Positions 29,485-38,211 are shown, counted from the stretch's first letter. The stretch is 46,731 bases of DNA from Altibacter sp. (GCA_028285705.1 JANQOS010000079.1:1-46731), one strand, 5' to 3'. The notes: generated by a model not told the origin, from the sequence alone. Numbers and translations are program-made.

Positions 29485-30150
29485 ATGAAAAAAAATAACA
29501 CAATACTAATTATACTGCTAATATGCAGTGCTGTTGTTGCACAAACCAATGAAACAGACACCTATGTAGAATTTGATGACCGTAATAATGTAGTTCATGG
29601 TTTTTATGTAGGTTTTGGCGCTCAATATGGTAGAATTAAAAAAGAGGGGGCTTTCTCTGGTAATATAAAAATAGCTTATGTTGCAAATCAAAAGTTAGAA
29701 GTTGGCTTTGGATTTACAGGCTTATACAGGGAGATGGATAATACAAACCCAAATATATTTAGAGGTGACAAAATTGCCCTCATAGGAGGATATGGAGGCT
29801 TTCATATAGAACCCATTTTATTTGGGAAGAAGTTTGTGAGTGTATCCTTTCCTGTTCTTATTGGAGGTGGAGGTGTAGCATATACAAATGCTGATAAAAT
29901 AGAAGATGAAACTGCCGAACTTGAAGAAGATGATTTTGACGGTTTCTTTGTAGTAGAACCCGGCATAAATTTGTTGTATAACTTTACGCGTTATACACAA
30001 TTAGAAACAGGAATTCGTTATCGTTTTACAAGTGATTATGAGTTGCCGCCTTTTGAAAAGGATAATCTTAATGGGTTTTCAGTAGTGGTTGGCCTTAAAA
30101 TAGGAGTTTTTAATTTAGGAAGGAAAAAACCGGTAAAGGATAATTTTTAA
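29485..30150 (+). CDS. Small secreted protein, probable 8-stranded outer-membrane beta-barrel
   Basis: Signal peptide ILIILLICSAVVAQ, about eight amphipathic beta-strand segments (e.g. GFYVGFGAQYG, KLEVGFGFTGLY, GFSVVVGLKIGVF) and Gly-rich turns. Confidence 0.5.
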   Translation: MKKNNTILIILLICSAVVAQTNETDTYVEFDDRNNVVHGFYVGFGAQYGRIKKEGAFSGNIKIAYVANQKLEVGFGFTGLYREMDNTNPNIFRGDKIALIGGYGGFHIEPILFGKKFVSVSFPVLIGGGGVAYTNADKIEDETAELEEDDFDGFFVVEPGINLLYNFTRYTQLETGIRYRFTSDYELPPFEKDNLNGFSVVVGLKIGVFNLGRKKPVKDNF

Positions 30151-30168
30151 CAAGCATCATAAAGCGTT

Positions 30169-30699
30169 CTAAGACAAATGGATTAATTTCCAATCTCTCC
30201 CACTCGCTTTATAATTTGAAAGTCTTTTAAATCCAATAGCATAATGTGCTTCAAGGGAACGAATATTTGTTGTATCTACTTCAGTAATGATCGTTGAATA
30301 TTCCGGAATAACAACTTCTTTCATTGTTTCATATAATTTTCTGAAAATACCTTGTTTCCTATATGCTTTATCGATACAAACCTGTCCCATTACTATATAT
30401 TTTTCAGAGAATACCTTGTTGATCTCAGAAAACATTGGTTTTAATACTTCTATTTCATTTCCAAATTTGGGATGCATGCACAAGGCATAACCAACAACTT
30501 TTTCCTGATCCTTTGCAATAATGTGTGGACATGCGTCATTCATTCGGTTTAGGATATCAAAATCGTGATGTACTGTTACAAAACCTTCGGTTTGTTTTTC
30601 TAATGAAGAGACCGCTTGCGGGAGATTGGCCTGCTGAAGTAATAGAATTTGCTGCAATTCTTTTGAGGTCGATGCCGTTTTATAGGTAATCATTAGCAA
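30169..30699 (-). CDS. GNAT-family N-acetyltransferase
   Basis: 176 aa with acetyl-CoA-binding motif A-like QVCIDKAYRKQGIFRKLY. Divergent from bioF with only a 31-nt gap. Confidence 0.75.
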   Translation of the reverse strand: MLMITYKTASTSKELQQILLLQQANLPQAVSSLEKQTEGFVTVHHDFDILNRMNDACPHIIAKDQEKVVGYALCMHPKFGNEIEVLKPMFSEINKVFSEKYIVMGQVCIDKAYRKQGIFRKLYETMKEVVIPEYSTIITEVDTTNIRSLEAHYAIGFKRLSNYKASGRDWKLIHLS

Positions 30700-30718
30700 A
30701 GGTTTACTTAAAGATACT

Positions 30719-30726
30719 TAAATTTG
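30719..30726 (+). promoter_or_regulatory. TAnnTTTG box (TAAATTTG) 4 nt upstream of the bioF GTG
   Basis: Exact consensus match, but I see no -33 TTG. It would imply an essentially leaderless transcript, so confidence is low. Confidence 0.3.
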
Positions 30727-30730
30727 GAAC

Positions 30731-31888
30731 GTGAGCCAATTACCCGAAAAACTTCAAAAGAAAATAGAGAACCGTATAGCAGACAATGCTTTACGGGTTT
30801 TGGATAATTTTAGTGGATTGGTAGATTTTTCTTCTAATGATTATCTGGGCTTTAGTGCTTCAGAAACCATTTTTAACAACGCCTTAAGCATCTTAAAAGA
30901 GAATAACCCACAGCAAAATGGCGCTACAGGCTCAAGACTACTTTCGGGAAATTACAAGCTTTATGAAGAAACAGAAAGCTTTATTGCAGGTATTCATAAA
31001 TGTGAAACGGCGCTAATTTTCAATAGTGGTTATGCTGCCAATAGTGGATTCTTTGCTAGTGTTCCACAGCGAGGGGATGTGATCTTCTATGATGAATTGG
31101 TCCATGCGTCCATTAGAGACGGAATATTGATGAGCAACGCGAAAGCGTATAAGTTCAGGCATAACGATATGGAAAACTTGAAGATAGTCGTTGAGCGAAG
31201 TCAAAGCACCGAAGAAGTATACATTATCACCGAATCTGTTTTTTCGATGGATGGAGATACTCCGGATATAAGGTCCCTGGCCAACTATTGTTCAGAAAAT
31301 AATTACCACTTGGTTATAGATGAAGCACATGCATTAGGTGTTGTTGGTAAGGGAAAAGGAATTGTACAGGAATTGAATTTGGAAGATAAGGTTTTTGCAC
31401 GTATTGCCACATTTGGAAAAGCCCTGGGATGTCATGGTGCTGTGATTTTGGGAAGCAATGGCCTAAAAAGGTATTTGATCAATTTTTGCAGAAGCTTTAT
31501 ATATACCACAGCATTACCACCACACGCTGTAGCAACGATAAAAGCTGCTTATGAGAAATTGACCATTCAGGAAGACAAGACACACACATATAATGAGGTG
31601 CAAAAACTTAATCGAAACATTGCAATATTACGATTATATATAGAAAAATATGAATTAAAGCAAATATTTGTTGAAAGTGTTTCGGCAGTTCATTGCTGTC
31701 TGATTCCGGGAAATGATCGCGTAAAAAGTATTTCAGAAAAGATTAAAAAAGAAGGATTTGATGTAAAACCTATTCTTTCACCTACTGTTCCCAAAGGGCA
31801 GGAACGTTTACGACTTTGCATTCATAGCTTCAATACTGAAAAAGAAATCAAAACAATTGTAGGACTATTAGCTACATTCATTAAATGA
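30731..31888 (+). CDS. bioF: 8-amino-7-oxononanoate synthase
   Basis: PLP-dependent acyltransferase. SNDYLGF, DEAHALGV and the PLP-lysine motif TFGKALG. GTG is the only plausible start, because an in-frame TAA sits at 30719. Confidence 0.9.
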   Translation: MSQLPEKLQKKIENRIADNALRVLDNFSGLVDFSSNDYLGFSASETIFNNALSILKENNPQQNGATGSRLLSGNYKLYEETESFIAGIHKCETALIFNSGYAANSGFFASVPQRGDVIFYDELVHASIRDGILMSNAKAYKFRHNDMENLKIVVERSQSTEEVYIITESVFSMDGDTPDIRSLANYCSENNYHLVIDEAHALGVVGKGKGIVQELNLEDKVFARIATFGKALGCHGAVILGSNGLKRYLINFCRSFIYTTALPPHAVATIKAAYEKLTIQEDKTHTYNEVQKLNRNIAILRLYIEKYELKQIFVESVSAVHCCLIPGNDRVKSISEKIKKEGFDVKPILSPTVPKGQERLRLCIHSFNTEKEIKTIVGLLATFIK

Positions 31889-32511
31889 CAGACACCTATT
31901 TTATAACAGGTATTGATACCGATATTGGCAAAACAATAGTTTCAGCGATTATTACGGAAGCTTTGGAAGCAGACTACTGGAAACCGGTTCAAGCCGGCGA
32001 ACTTGACAATAGTGATACTCATAAAGTAAGAGGATTGATCTCAAATTCGAAAACAAAACTTCATCCTAGTGCATTTAACTTGGAGACGCCAATGAGTCCG
32101 CATGCAGCTGCAGAAATAGACGGTGTACATATTGAAATTAAAGATATTGGGCGTCCAAAAACAAAAAATAACCTGGTAATAGAGGGTGCCGGAGGTCTTT
32201 TAGTTCCTTTGAATGACAAAGAAACAGTAATAGACCTCATCAAGCCCACAGATAAAGTAATTGTTGTGTCACGTCATATATTGGGAAGTATCAATCATTC
32301 ACTATTGACAATTGAAGCTTTAAAGCATAGAAAGCTTAATATCTTTGGTTGTATATTTAATGGAAATGAACACCCGTCCACAGAGGCGATTATTTCAAAA
32401 ATGGCCGGAATACCAATTTTAGGGCGTATAGATATTGAGCCTTATTTCGATAAGAATGTGATTAAAGAATACGCCGAAAGATTTAAAAATGAGTTTACAG
32501 GAAAGAGATAG
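31885..32511 (+). CDS. bioD: Dethiobiotin synthase
   Basis: P-loop GIDTDIGKT, EGAGGLLVP. ATGA overlap with bioF. Confidence 0.9.
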   Translation: MTDTYFITGIDTDIGKTIVSAIITEALEADYWKPVQAGELDNSDTHKVRGLISNSKTKLHPSAFNLETPMSPHAAAEIDGVHIEIKDIGRPKTKNNLVIEGAGGLLVPLNDKETVIDLIKPTDKVIVVSRHILGSINHSLLTIEALKHRKLNIFGCIFNGNEHPSTEAIISKMAGIPILGRIDIEPYFDKNVIKEYAERFKNEFTGKR

Positions 32512-33754
32512 AAAACATATCTGGCACCCGCTAACACAGCACCAAACTGCCGCAGCACCAATAGGAATTGTAAAGGCTAAGGACGCATTGTTATGGGATG
32601 AAGATGGAAATGAATATGTTGATGGGATAGCTTCTTGGTACACAGCTATGTACGGACATTGTAATGATTATATAATTTCTTGTGCTTCTGAACAGATGAA
32701 AGAATTGGATCAGGTGGTCTTTACCGGTTTTACACATAAACCTGCCGTAGAGCTTTCCGAAAAATTAATGCGAATTCTACCTTCAAACCAACAAAAGATA
32801 TTTTTCAATGACAATGGATCTACTGCAGTAGAAGCCGGAATTAAAATGGCGCTGCAGTACCATTTCAATAAAGGAGAAAAGCGAGACACCTTATTGGCTT
32901 TTGAAGGAGGATTTCACGGTGATACATTTGGTGCAATGAGTGTTTCGGGCCTTTCCGTATATAATGGGCCATTTAAAGATTTTTTTCTAAAGGTGGAAAG
33001 AATTCCCGTTCCGACAAAAGATAATCTAGCGGAGCTACTTATAAAGCTGAAGCAAATTTGTGCCGAAAATAAGTGTGCGGCATTTGTATATGAACCGTTA
33101 GTGCAAGGTGCTGCCGGAATGAAATTCCATGATGTTGGAGGGTTAGAAGAAATTCTGAAACTTTGTAAGCAAAACAATATACTTTGCATAGCCGATGAAG
33201 TAATGACCGGTTTTGGAAAAACCGGAAAGTATTTCGCATCATCGTACCTGGAAATACAACCCGATATCATTTGTTTAAGCAAAGCATTGACTGCAGGTAT
33301 GGTGGCTATGAGTATTACAAGTTGTACACAGCCGGTATTTGATGCCTTTTTGGATGACGAAATTGGGAAAGGGTTCTTTCATGCGCATACATATAGTGCT
33401 AATCCCATAGCATGTGCAACTGCCATTGCCGGAATTGAACTACTTACTTCAGAAGAAATCCAAAAGGATATTTCCCTTATCGCCAGGGCCCACAGGTCAT
33501 TTGCAAAGAAAATTGCTGACCATCCTAAAGTTGATGCTGTAAGGTCTTTGGGGGTAATTTTTGCTTTAGATTTAAATGTTGAAATGGAACGTTATGGTAG
33601 CCTTCGTGATCAATTGTTTGAATTCTTTATGAAGCAAGGTGTTTTTTTACGCCCTTTGGGAAATACTATTTATATGATCCCGCCTTATGTAATTACAGAT
33701 AAGCAACTGGAAAAAATATATATAAGTATCGAAAAAAGTTTATCGATCTTCTAA
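32489..33754 (+). CDS. bioA: Adenosylmethionine-8-amino-7-oxononanoate aminotransferase
   Basis: Class-III aminotransferase. IWHPLTQH, DEVMTGFGKTGKYFA and HAHTYSANP. Overlaps bioD by 23 nt. Confidence 0.92.
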   Translation: MSLQERDRKHIWHPLTQHQTAAAPIGIVKAKDALLWDEDGNEYVDGIASWYTAMYGHCNDYIISCASEQMKELDQVVFTGFTHKPAVELSEKLMRILPSNQQKIFFNDNGSTAVEAGIKMALQYHFNKGEKRDTLLAFEGGFHGDTFGAMSVSGLSVYNGPFKDFFLKVERIPVPTKDNLAELLIKLKQICAENKCAAFVYEPLVQGAAGMKFHDVGGLEEILKLCKQNNILCIADEVMTGFGKTGKYFASSYLEIQPDIICLSKALTAGMVAMSITSCTQPVFDAFLDDEIGKGFFHAHTYSANPIACATAIAGIELLTSEEIQKDISLIARAHRSFAKKIADHPKVDAVRSLGVIFALDLNVEMERYGSLRDQLFEFFMKQGVFLRPLGNTIYMIPPYVITDKQLEKIYISIEKSLSIF

Positions 33755-34180
33755 AGAACCCTCAGTAATAAGCAATGGGATTGTCTCACCCGTATCTTCT
33801 AGGGTTACTTCCATGGTTTGGTATTCCCATACTTCGGTATATTTATCTGCTACCACAATAATTAGTGCTTTTCCTTTAGGTCCTTTAATAGGTATTTCAA
33901 GATTGGTATGGCCCTCACCGTCGGAGTAATTAATTCCTCCACTTACCATTCCATGAGTTTCAATGGGTTCTCCCAAAGCATCAATTACAATTTCATTGTT
34001 TTGAGCTTTTAAAACAGCTTCTTTATAGGGTTGTGAATCTTTAAACATTGATGTAACCCCGACAAATAATGTTCCTGCAAAGGCTATAAAGAGAATAATA
34101 ATTAGTAAACAACCTCCCGAAGGAACTACCCACTTCCAGTTTCTACCAAACCAGGATCTATGATCTGAATTTTCTTCCAT
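33740..34180 (-). CDS. Small membrane-anchored protein, Coa1 (cytochrome oxidase assembly factor 1)-like family
   Basis: 146 aa. WFGRNWKWVVPSGGCLLIIILFIAF (N-terminal TM anchor) followed by ...YKEAVLKAQNNEIVIDALGEPI..., as in bacterial Coa1-family proteins. Its 3' end overlaps the bioA 3' end by 15 nt (convergent). Confidence 0.6.
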   Translation of the reverse strand: MEENSDHRSWFGRNWKWVVPSGGCLLIIILFIAFAGTLFVGVTSMFKDSQPYKEAVLKAQNNEIVIDALGEPIETHGMVSGGINYSDGEGHTNLEIPIKGPKGKALIIVVADKYTEVWEYQTMEVTLEDTGETIPLLITEGSLEDR

Positions 34181-34220
34181 ATAATTTTAAATTAAGGATG
34201 TTTACAAAGGCCAGAACCCT

Positions 34221-34228
34221 TATTTTTG
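34221..34228 (+). promoter_or_regulatory. Bacteroidota sigma-A -7 box (TATTTTTG) for the KAS-bioB pair
   Basis: TATTTTTGCAAC, 20 nt upstream of the TTG start at 34248. Confidence 0.45.
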
Positions 34229-34247
34229 CAACAAATTAATAAAAAAG

Positions 34248-35405
34248 TTGCACACACCTATTTCAATTTCAAATATTGCTTCGATTTCTGCCTTAGGGAA
34301 TTCTCAAAATGAAACCTGGCAAAGTTATATGGCGAAGCGTCCGCTTTTTGTCAAAAAGGAGTTCAACAAAGCAGAAATTTGGGTTTCCTGCCTTAATGCT
34401 AATGCGGAGAAAAGCCTGATGAAACTTCAGAGTGAGAATTCTGTTTATCAAAAACTGGATCGCTCTGTTCTACTTGCAGTATTAGCTTCCAGACAGGCTT
34501 TTATGGCTGAAGAATATTCGTCTAAAGATATTGGGATAAATATTGGGTCCTCACGAGGAGCTACGCAATTGTTTGAAAAATACCATTCACAGTTTTTGAA
34601 AAGCGAAAGTGTTTCGGCATATACATCGCCTACAACCACTTTGGGAAATATATCTTCCTGGGTAGGTCAGGATTTGGGAATTGAAGGAGTGCAAATAGGA
34701 CATTCTGTTACCTGCTCTACTGCCCTGCATGCTATGCTCAATGGGATTGCATGGTTACAGGCAGATATGGTAGACCTCTTTGTTGCGGGAGGCAGTGAAG
34801 CTGCTTTAACGCCCTTTACCATTGCACAAATGCAAGCATTGAAGCTCTATTCCAGGTCTGAAAATGTGATGGGCTGTGAGTCGTTACGGCTTCAGAAAAA
34901 GAAAAATACCATGGTGCTGGGAGAAGGTGCGGCAGTAGCTGTTTTGGAAAAAGGAGTTTCAAAAAGGACACAAGCTGTCATTAGCGGTTTTGGATATGCA
35001 ACCGAAAAGCTGGTACATAACAGCTCTATTTCCGAAAATGCCCAATGCTTTCAGAAATCCATGCGTATGGCACTTCGGAAGGCGAAATTAGAAACAGTGG
35101 ATGTAGTTATAATGCATGCTCCCGGAACCGTAAAAGGAGATGTGGCAGAGTACAATTCAATTGCAAATGTCTTTGGGAAGAATTTGCCGTTACTAACTTC
35201 CAACAAATGGTTGGTTGGACACACTTTTGCAGCTTCGGGAATGCTAAGTGTGGAGATGGCAGTTTTAATGTTACAGAATAACAAACTAATTGAAAACCCG
35301 TTTTTTGATAATCAAAGACATTTACCCGATCAATTAAAGAACATAATGGTAAATGCTGTAGGATTTGGTGGAAATGCTGTTAGCATTATTATATCCAAAC
35401 CCTGA
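34248..35405 (+). CDS. Beta-ketoacyl-ACP synthase (KAS I/II-type condensing enzyme) embedded in the biotin locus
   Basis: 385 aa. Thiolase-fold condensing enzyme with an intact Cys-His-His triad (SVTCSTALHA; MHAPGTVKGD; LVGHTFAASG) and a C-terminal GFGGNAVSIII. TTG start. Confidence 0.8.
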   Translation: MHTPISISNIASISALGNSQNETWQSYMAKRPLFVKKEFNKAEIWVSCLNANAEKSLMKLQSENSVYQKLDRSVLLAVLASRQAFMAEEYSSKDIGINIGSSRGATQLFEKYHSQFLKSESVSAYTSPTTTLGNISSWVGQDLGIEGVQIGHSVTCSTALHAMLNGIAWLQADMVDLFVAGGSEAALTPFTIAQMQALKLYSRSENVMGCESLRLQKKKNTMVLGEGAAVAVLEKGVSKRTQAVISGFGYATEKLVHNSSISENAQCFQKSMRMALRKAKLETVDVVIMHAPGTVKGDVAEYNSIANVFGKNLPLLTSNKWLVGHTFAASGMLSVEMAVLMLQNNKLIENPFFDNQRHLPDQLKNIMVNAVGFGGNAVSIIISKP

Positions 35406-35438
35406 TTTTAGACTTATATTTTATTTATTTTTGACCTT

Positions 35439-36533
35439 ATGAAAGACATCAAATACAACTGGACCAGACAAGAGGTTTTGGATATTTATAATAAGCCCAT
35501 GATGGAGCTGCTATATGAAGCGGCAACGATACATCGAGAGTTTCATAACCCAAATCATGTACAAGTATCTACGTTACTTTCTATAAAAACAGGAGGTTGT
35601 CCGGAAGATTGCGGATATTGTCCGCAGGCAGCCAGATATCATACAGATATTGAAGGGAACGATCTAATGAGTGTACAGCATGTAAAAGCACAGGCTTTGC
35701 GTGCAAAAGCTTCAGGGAGTTCCCGCGTATGTATGGGAGCTGCGTGGCGCAATGTGAAGGACGGAGAGGAATTTGACCAGGTGCTGGAAATGGTACGTAC
35801 CATCAATAAATTGGATATGGAGGTTTGTTGTACGCTTGGAATGATCACTGAAAATCAAGCAAAAAGATTAGCAGAGGCAGGTTTGTACGCTTACAATCAC
35901 AATTTGGATACCAGTGAGGATTATTACAAAGATGTGATCTCTACACGTGCCTATCAGGATCGTTTAGATACCATTGATAATGTTAGAAAAACAAATGTTA
36001 CTGTCTGTAGCGGTGGAATTATAGGAATGGGAGAAAAACTGGAGGACCGTGCAGGAATGCTGGTGGCCTTAGCTACTTTAAACCCGCAACCTGAATCTGT
36101 ACCTATCAATGCATTGGTTGCCGTGGAAGGAACACCTATGGAAGATATAGAACCTGTTTCAATTTGGGAGATGATACGTATGGTTGCGACTACTCGTATT
36201 GTAATGCCTCAAACACAAGTAAGGCTTTCGGCAGGGAGGACAGAAATGAGCAGAGAAGGACAGGCAATGTGTTTCTTTGCAGGAGCAAATTCAATTTTTG
36301 CCGGGGACAAACTTTTAACAACGCCAAATCCCGATGTAAATGAGGATATGGAGATGTTTAATTTACTTGGCTTAGAACCTCAAAAGCCTTTTGTGAAAAA
36401 GGCCCAGCCGGAAACAGTGGAAGCAGAGGCTTCAAAATATCAACCCCTGGGAGAAAAACCAAAATGGAGCCGGCCGGAGCATACCATTGAACGGAATGAA
36501 GAAGCCAAGCAAAAAGCAAAAGCTTCGGAATAA
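35439..36533 (+). CDS. bioB: Biotin synthase
   Basis: Radical-SAM [18 protein letters not shown] and GGIIGMGE. The ~45-aa hydrophilic C-terminal tail goes beyond the usual BioB length. Confidence 0.95.
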   Translation: MKDIKYNWTRQEVLDIYNKPMMELLYEAATIHREFHNPNHVQVSTLLSIKTGGCPEDCGYCPQAARYHTDIEGNDLMSVQHVKAQALRAKASGSSRVCMGAAWRNVKDGEEFDQVLEMVRTINKLDMEVCCTLGMITENQAKRLAEAGLYAYNHNLDTSEDYYKDVISTRAYQDRLDTIDNVRKTNVTVCSGGIIGMGEKLEDRAGMLVALATLNPQPESVPINALVAVEGTPMEDIEPVSIWEMIRMVATTRIVMPQTQVRLSAGRTEMSREGQAMCFFAGANSIFAGDKLLTTPNPDVNEDMEMFNLLGLEPQKPFVKKAQPETVEAEASKYQPLGEKPKWSRPEHTIERNEEAKQKAKASE

Positions 36534-36603
36534 CCTTTATTTTTTTTGGATTTTTAAATATTTCGGAAGACTTTCCGTTAAACAACAAACAAACATATTA
36601 TTT

Positions 36604-37236
36604 ATGAAAAAGATTTTTTTGGTAGTTTTTTTGGCCATTATTATGGTTTCTTGTAAAAAAGATGATGATGGTTCCAATAATAATTGTGATGCACCTGCAG
36701 TTATTACCGTGGTACAATTGAACAGTACATCATTACTTTTTGAATGGGATACCAGTACGGGGACAGCCTGGCAAATTGAATACGGCCCAACAGGTTTTCA
36801 ATTGGGTACAGGTACTGTAGCACAAACTTCGCAATTTAATTACTTAATAGAGAATTTAACTCCTTCTACAAGTTATACAATTTATTTACGCAATAATTGT
36901 GGAAGTGACGGGTTTAGTGATTATATCACTTTGGATTTCATTACACTGGATCCTGTAATAACCTGTAATATTCCTTTAGATCTTACACAAATAGGTTTGG
37001 GGTCTAACTTCATAGATATAACCTGGAATGAGAATAATGAAACAGCCTGGGAGGTTGAATATGGGCTTGTAGGCCATCCGATAGGTAGCGGAACTGTAGA
37101 GCCGACATCTCAGAATAGTTATAGGATCGATGGATTAACTCCAGCTACAACCTATGAGATCTATGTGAGAGCCAATTGTGGAAGTGATGGCTTTAGCGAA
37201 TATACCGATGCTCTGGTAATTACTACAAATAATTAA
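36604..37236 (+). CDS. Lipoprotein with two tandem fibronectin-type-III-like modules
   Basis: I place the start at the internal ATG 36604 (MKKIFLVVFLAIIMVSCKKDD lipobox). The two ~90-aa repeats are C.AP...L..T...F.W......AW.IEYGP.GF..G.G......Y.I..L.P.T.Y.IY.R.NCGSDGFS.Y, at about 36685-36954 and 36964-37227. Confidence 0.75.
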   Translation: MKKIFLVVFLAIIMVSCKKDDDGSNNNCDAPAVITVVQLNSTSLLFEWDTSTGTAWQIEYGPTGFQLGTGTVAQTSQFNYLIENLTPSTSYTIYLRNNCGSDGFSDYITLDFITLDPVITCNIPLDLTQIGLGSNFIDITWNENNETAWEVEYGLVGHPIGSGTVEPTSQNSYRIDGLTPATTYEIYVRANCGSDGFSEYTDALVITTNN

Positions 37237-37256
37237 CCTTTTGTTCAATAACTTGA

Positions 37257-37283
37257 AAGGCCGGCCTTGAGCCGGTCTTTTTA
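37257..37283 (+). terminator. Rho-independent terminator
   Basis: Stem AAGGCCGGC (37257-37265) / GCCGGTCTT (37271-37279) with one G-T pair, loop CTTGA, then TTTT. Confidence 0.75.
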
Positions 37284-37322
37284 TATAATTATGTTACCAG
37301 AAATTATATTATATAAGATTTG

Positions 37323-37330
37323 TATTTTTG
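37323..37330 (+). promoter_or_regulatory. Bacteroidota sigma-A -7 box (TATTTTTG) for the cupin/JmjC gene
   Basis: Consensus TAnnTTTG 18 nt upstream of ATG 37348. Confidence 0.4.
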
Positions 37331-37347
37331 AAGTCTTATTATAGAAT

Positions 37348-38211
37348 ATGCAGTTACAGGAAGTAGAAAGAGTTAAAACCATAACAAAGAAAGATTTTCT
37401 TAAAAATTATTTTAAGCCTCAAAAACCGGTTGTAATAGAACGGTTTGTTGAGGATTGGCCGGCATTTAAAAAATGGAACCTGGATTATATGGCCGATGTT
37501 GCAGGTGACAAAACTGTCCCTCTTTATGATAACCGGCCTGTGGATTATAAAGACGGGTTCAATGAACCGCATGCTAAAATGAAGATGAGGGAATACATTG
37601 ATCTCTTAAAACGTGAGCCAACCAAATTTCGGATTTTTTTATGGAATATCTTAAAAGAAGTGCCGGTTTTGCAGAACGATTTCTCATATCCGGATTTTGG
37701 TTTGAAATTAATGAAAGGCCTGCCCATGTTATTTTTTGGAGGAAAGGACAGTTATACCTTTATGCATTACGATATTGACCTCGCGAATATCTTCCATTTT
37801 CATTTTCATGGAAAGAAGCAAACCATTCTTTTCGACCAAAAGCAAAATGACTATCTCTATAAAATTCCTCATTCGTTAATTACCCGGGAAGACATAGATT
37901 TTACGAATCCGGATTATGAAAAATGGCCTGCCCTTAAAAAAGCAAAAGGCTATATTGCTCACCTGGAACACGGCAATGTACTTTATATGCCTGAAGGGTA
38001 CTGGCATTATATGCGTTATCTCACACCAGGGTTTTCCATGAGTTTACGGGCTATTGCGAGAAACCCCAAAAATTTTGGAAAGGCATTGTACAATATTTTT
38101 ATTATGCGCCATTATGACAATCTAATGCGAAGACTCAAGGGGCAGGTATGGATCGATGCCAAAAATGAAAAAGCCATTACGAGGACACATCGTAAATTGG
38201 GGATTTCTTAA
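37348..38211 (+). CDS. Cupin-like / JmjC-domain Fe(II)-2-oxoglutarate oxygenase family protein
   Basis: 287 aa. The candidate facial triad is MHYD (HxD) and a downstream His in EGYWHYMRY. The sequence pattern is that of bacterial cupin_8/JmjC proteins. Confidence 0.65.
   Translation: MQLQEVERVKTITKKDFLKNYFKPQKPVVIERFVEDWPAFKKWNLDYMADVAGDKTVPLYDNRPVDYKDGFNEPHAKMKMREYIDLLKREPTKFRIFLWNILKEVPVLQNDFSYPDFGLKLMKGLPMLFFGGKDSYTFMHYDIDLANIFHFHFHGKKQTILFDQKQNDYLYKIPHSLITREDIDFTNPDYEKWPALKKAKGYIAHLEHGNVLYMPEGYWHYMRYLTPGFSMSLRAIARNPKNFGKALYNIFIMRHYDNLMRRLKGQVWIDAKNEKAITRTHRKLGIS

Noticed and set aside
36487-36603. 39-codon extension of the FN3 lipoprotein ORF overlapping the bioB 3' end
   Set aside because: The internal ATG at 36604 gives a canonical lipoprotein signal with lipobox Cys. 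The extension is a read-through of the bioB tail region in another frame.
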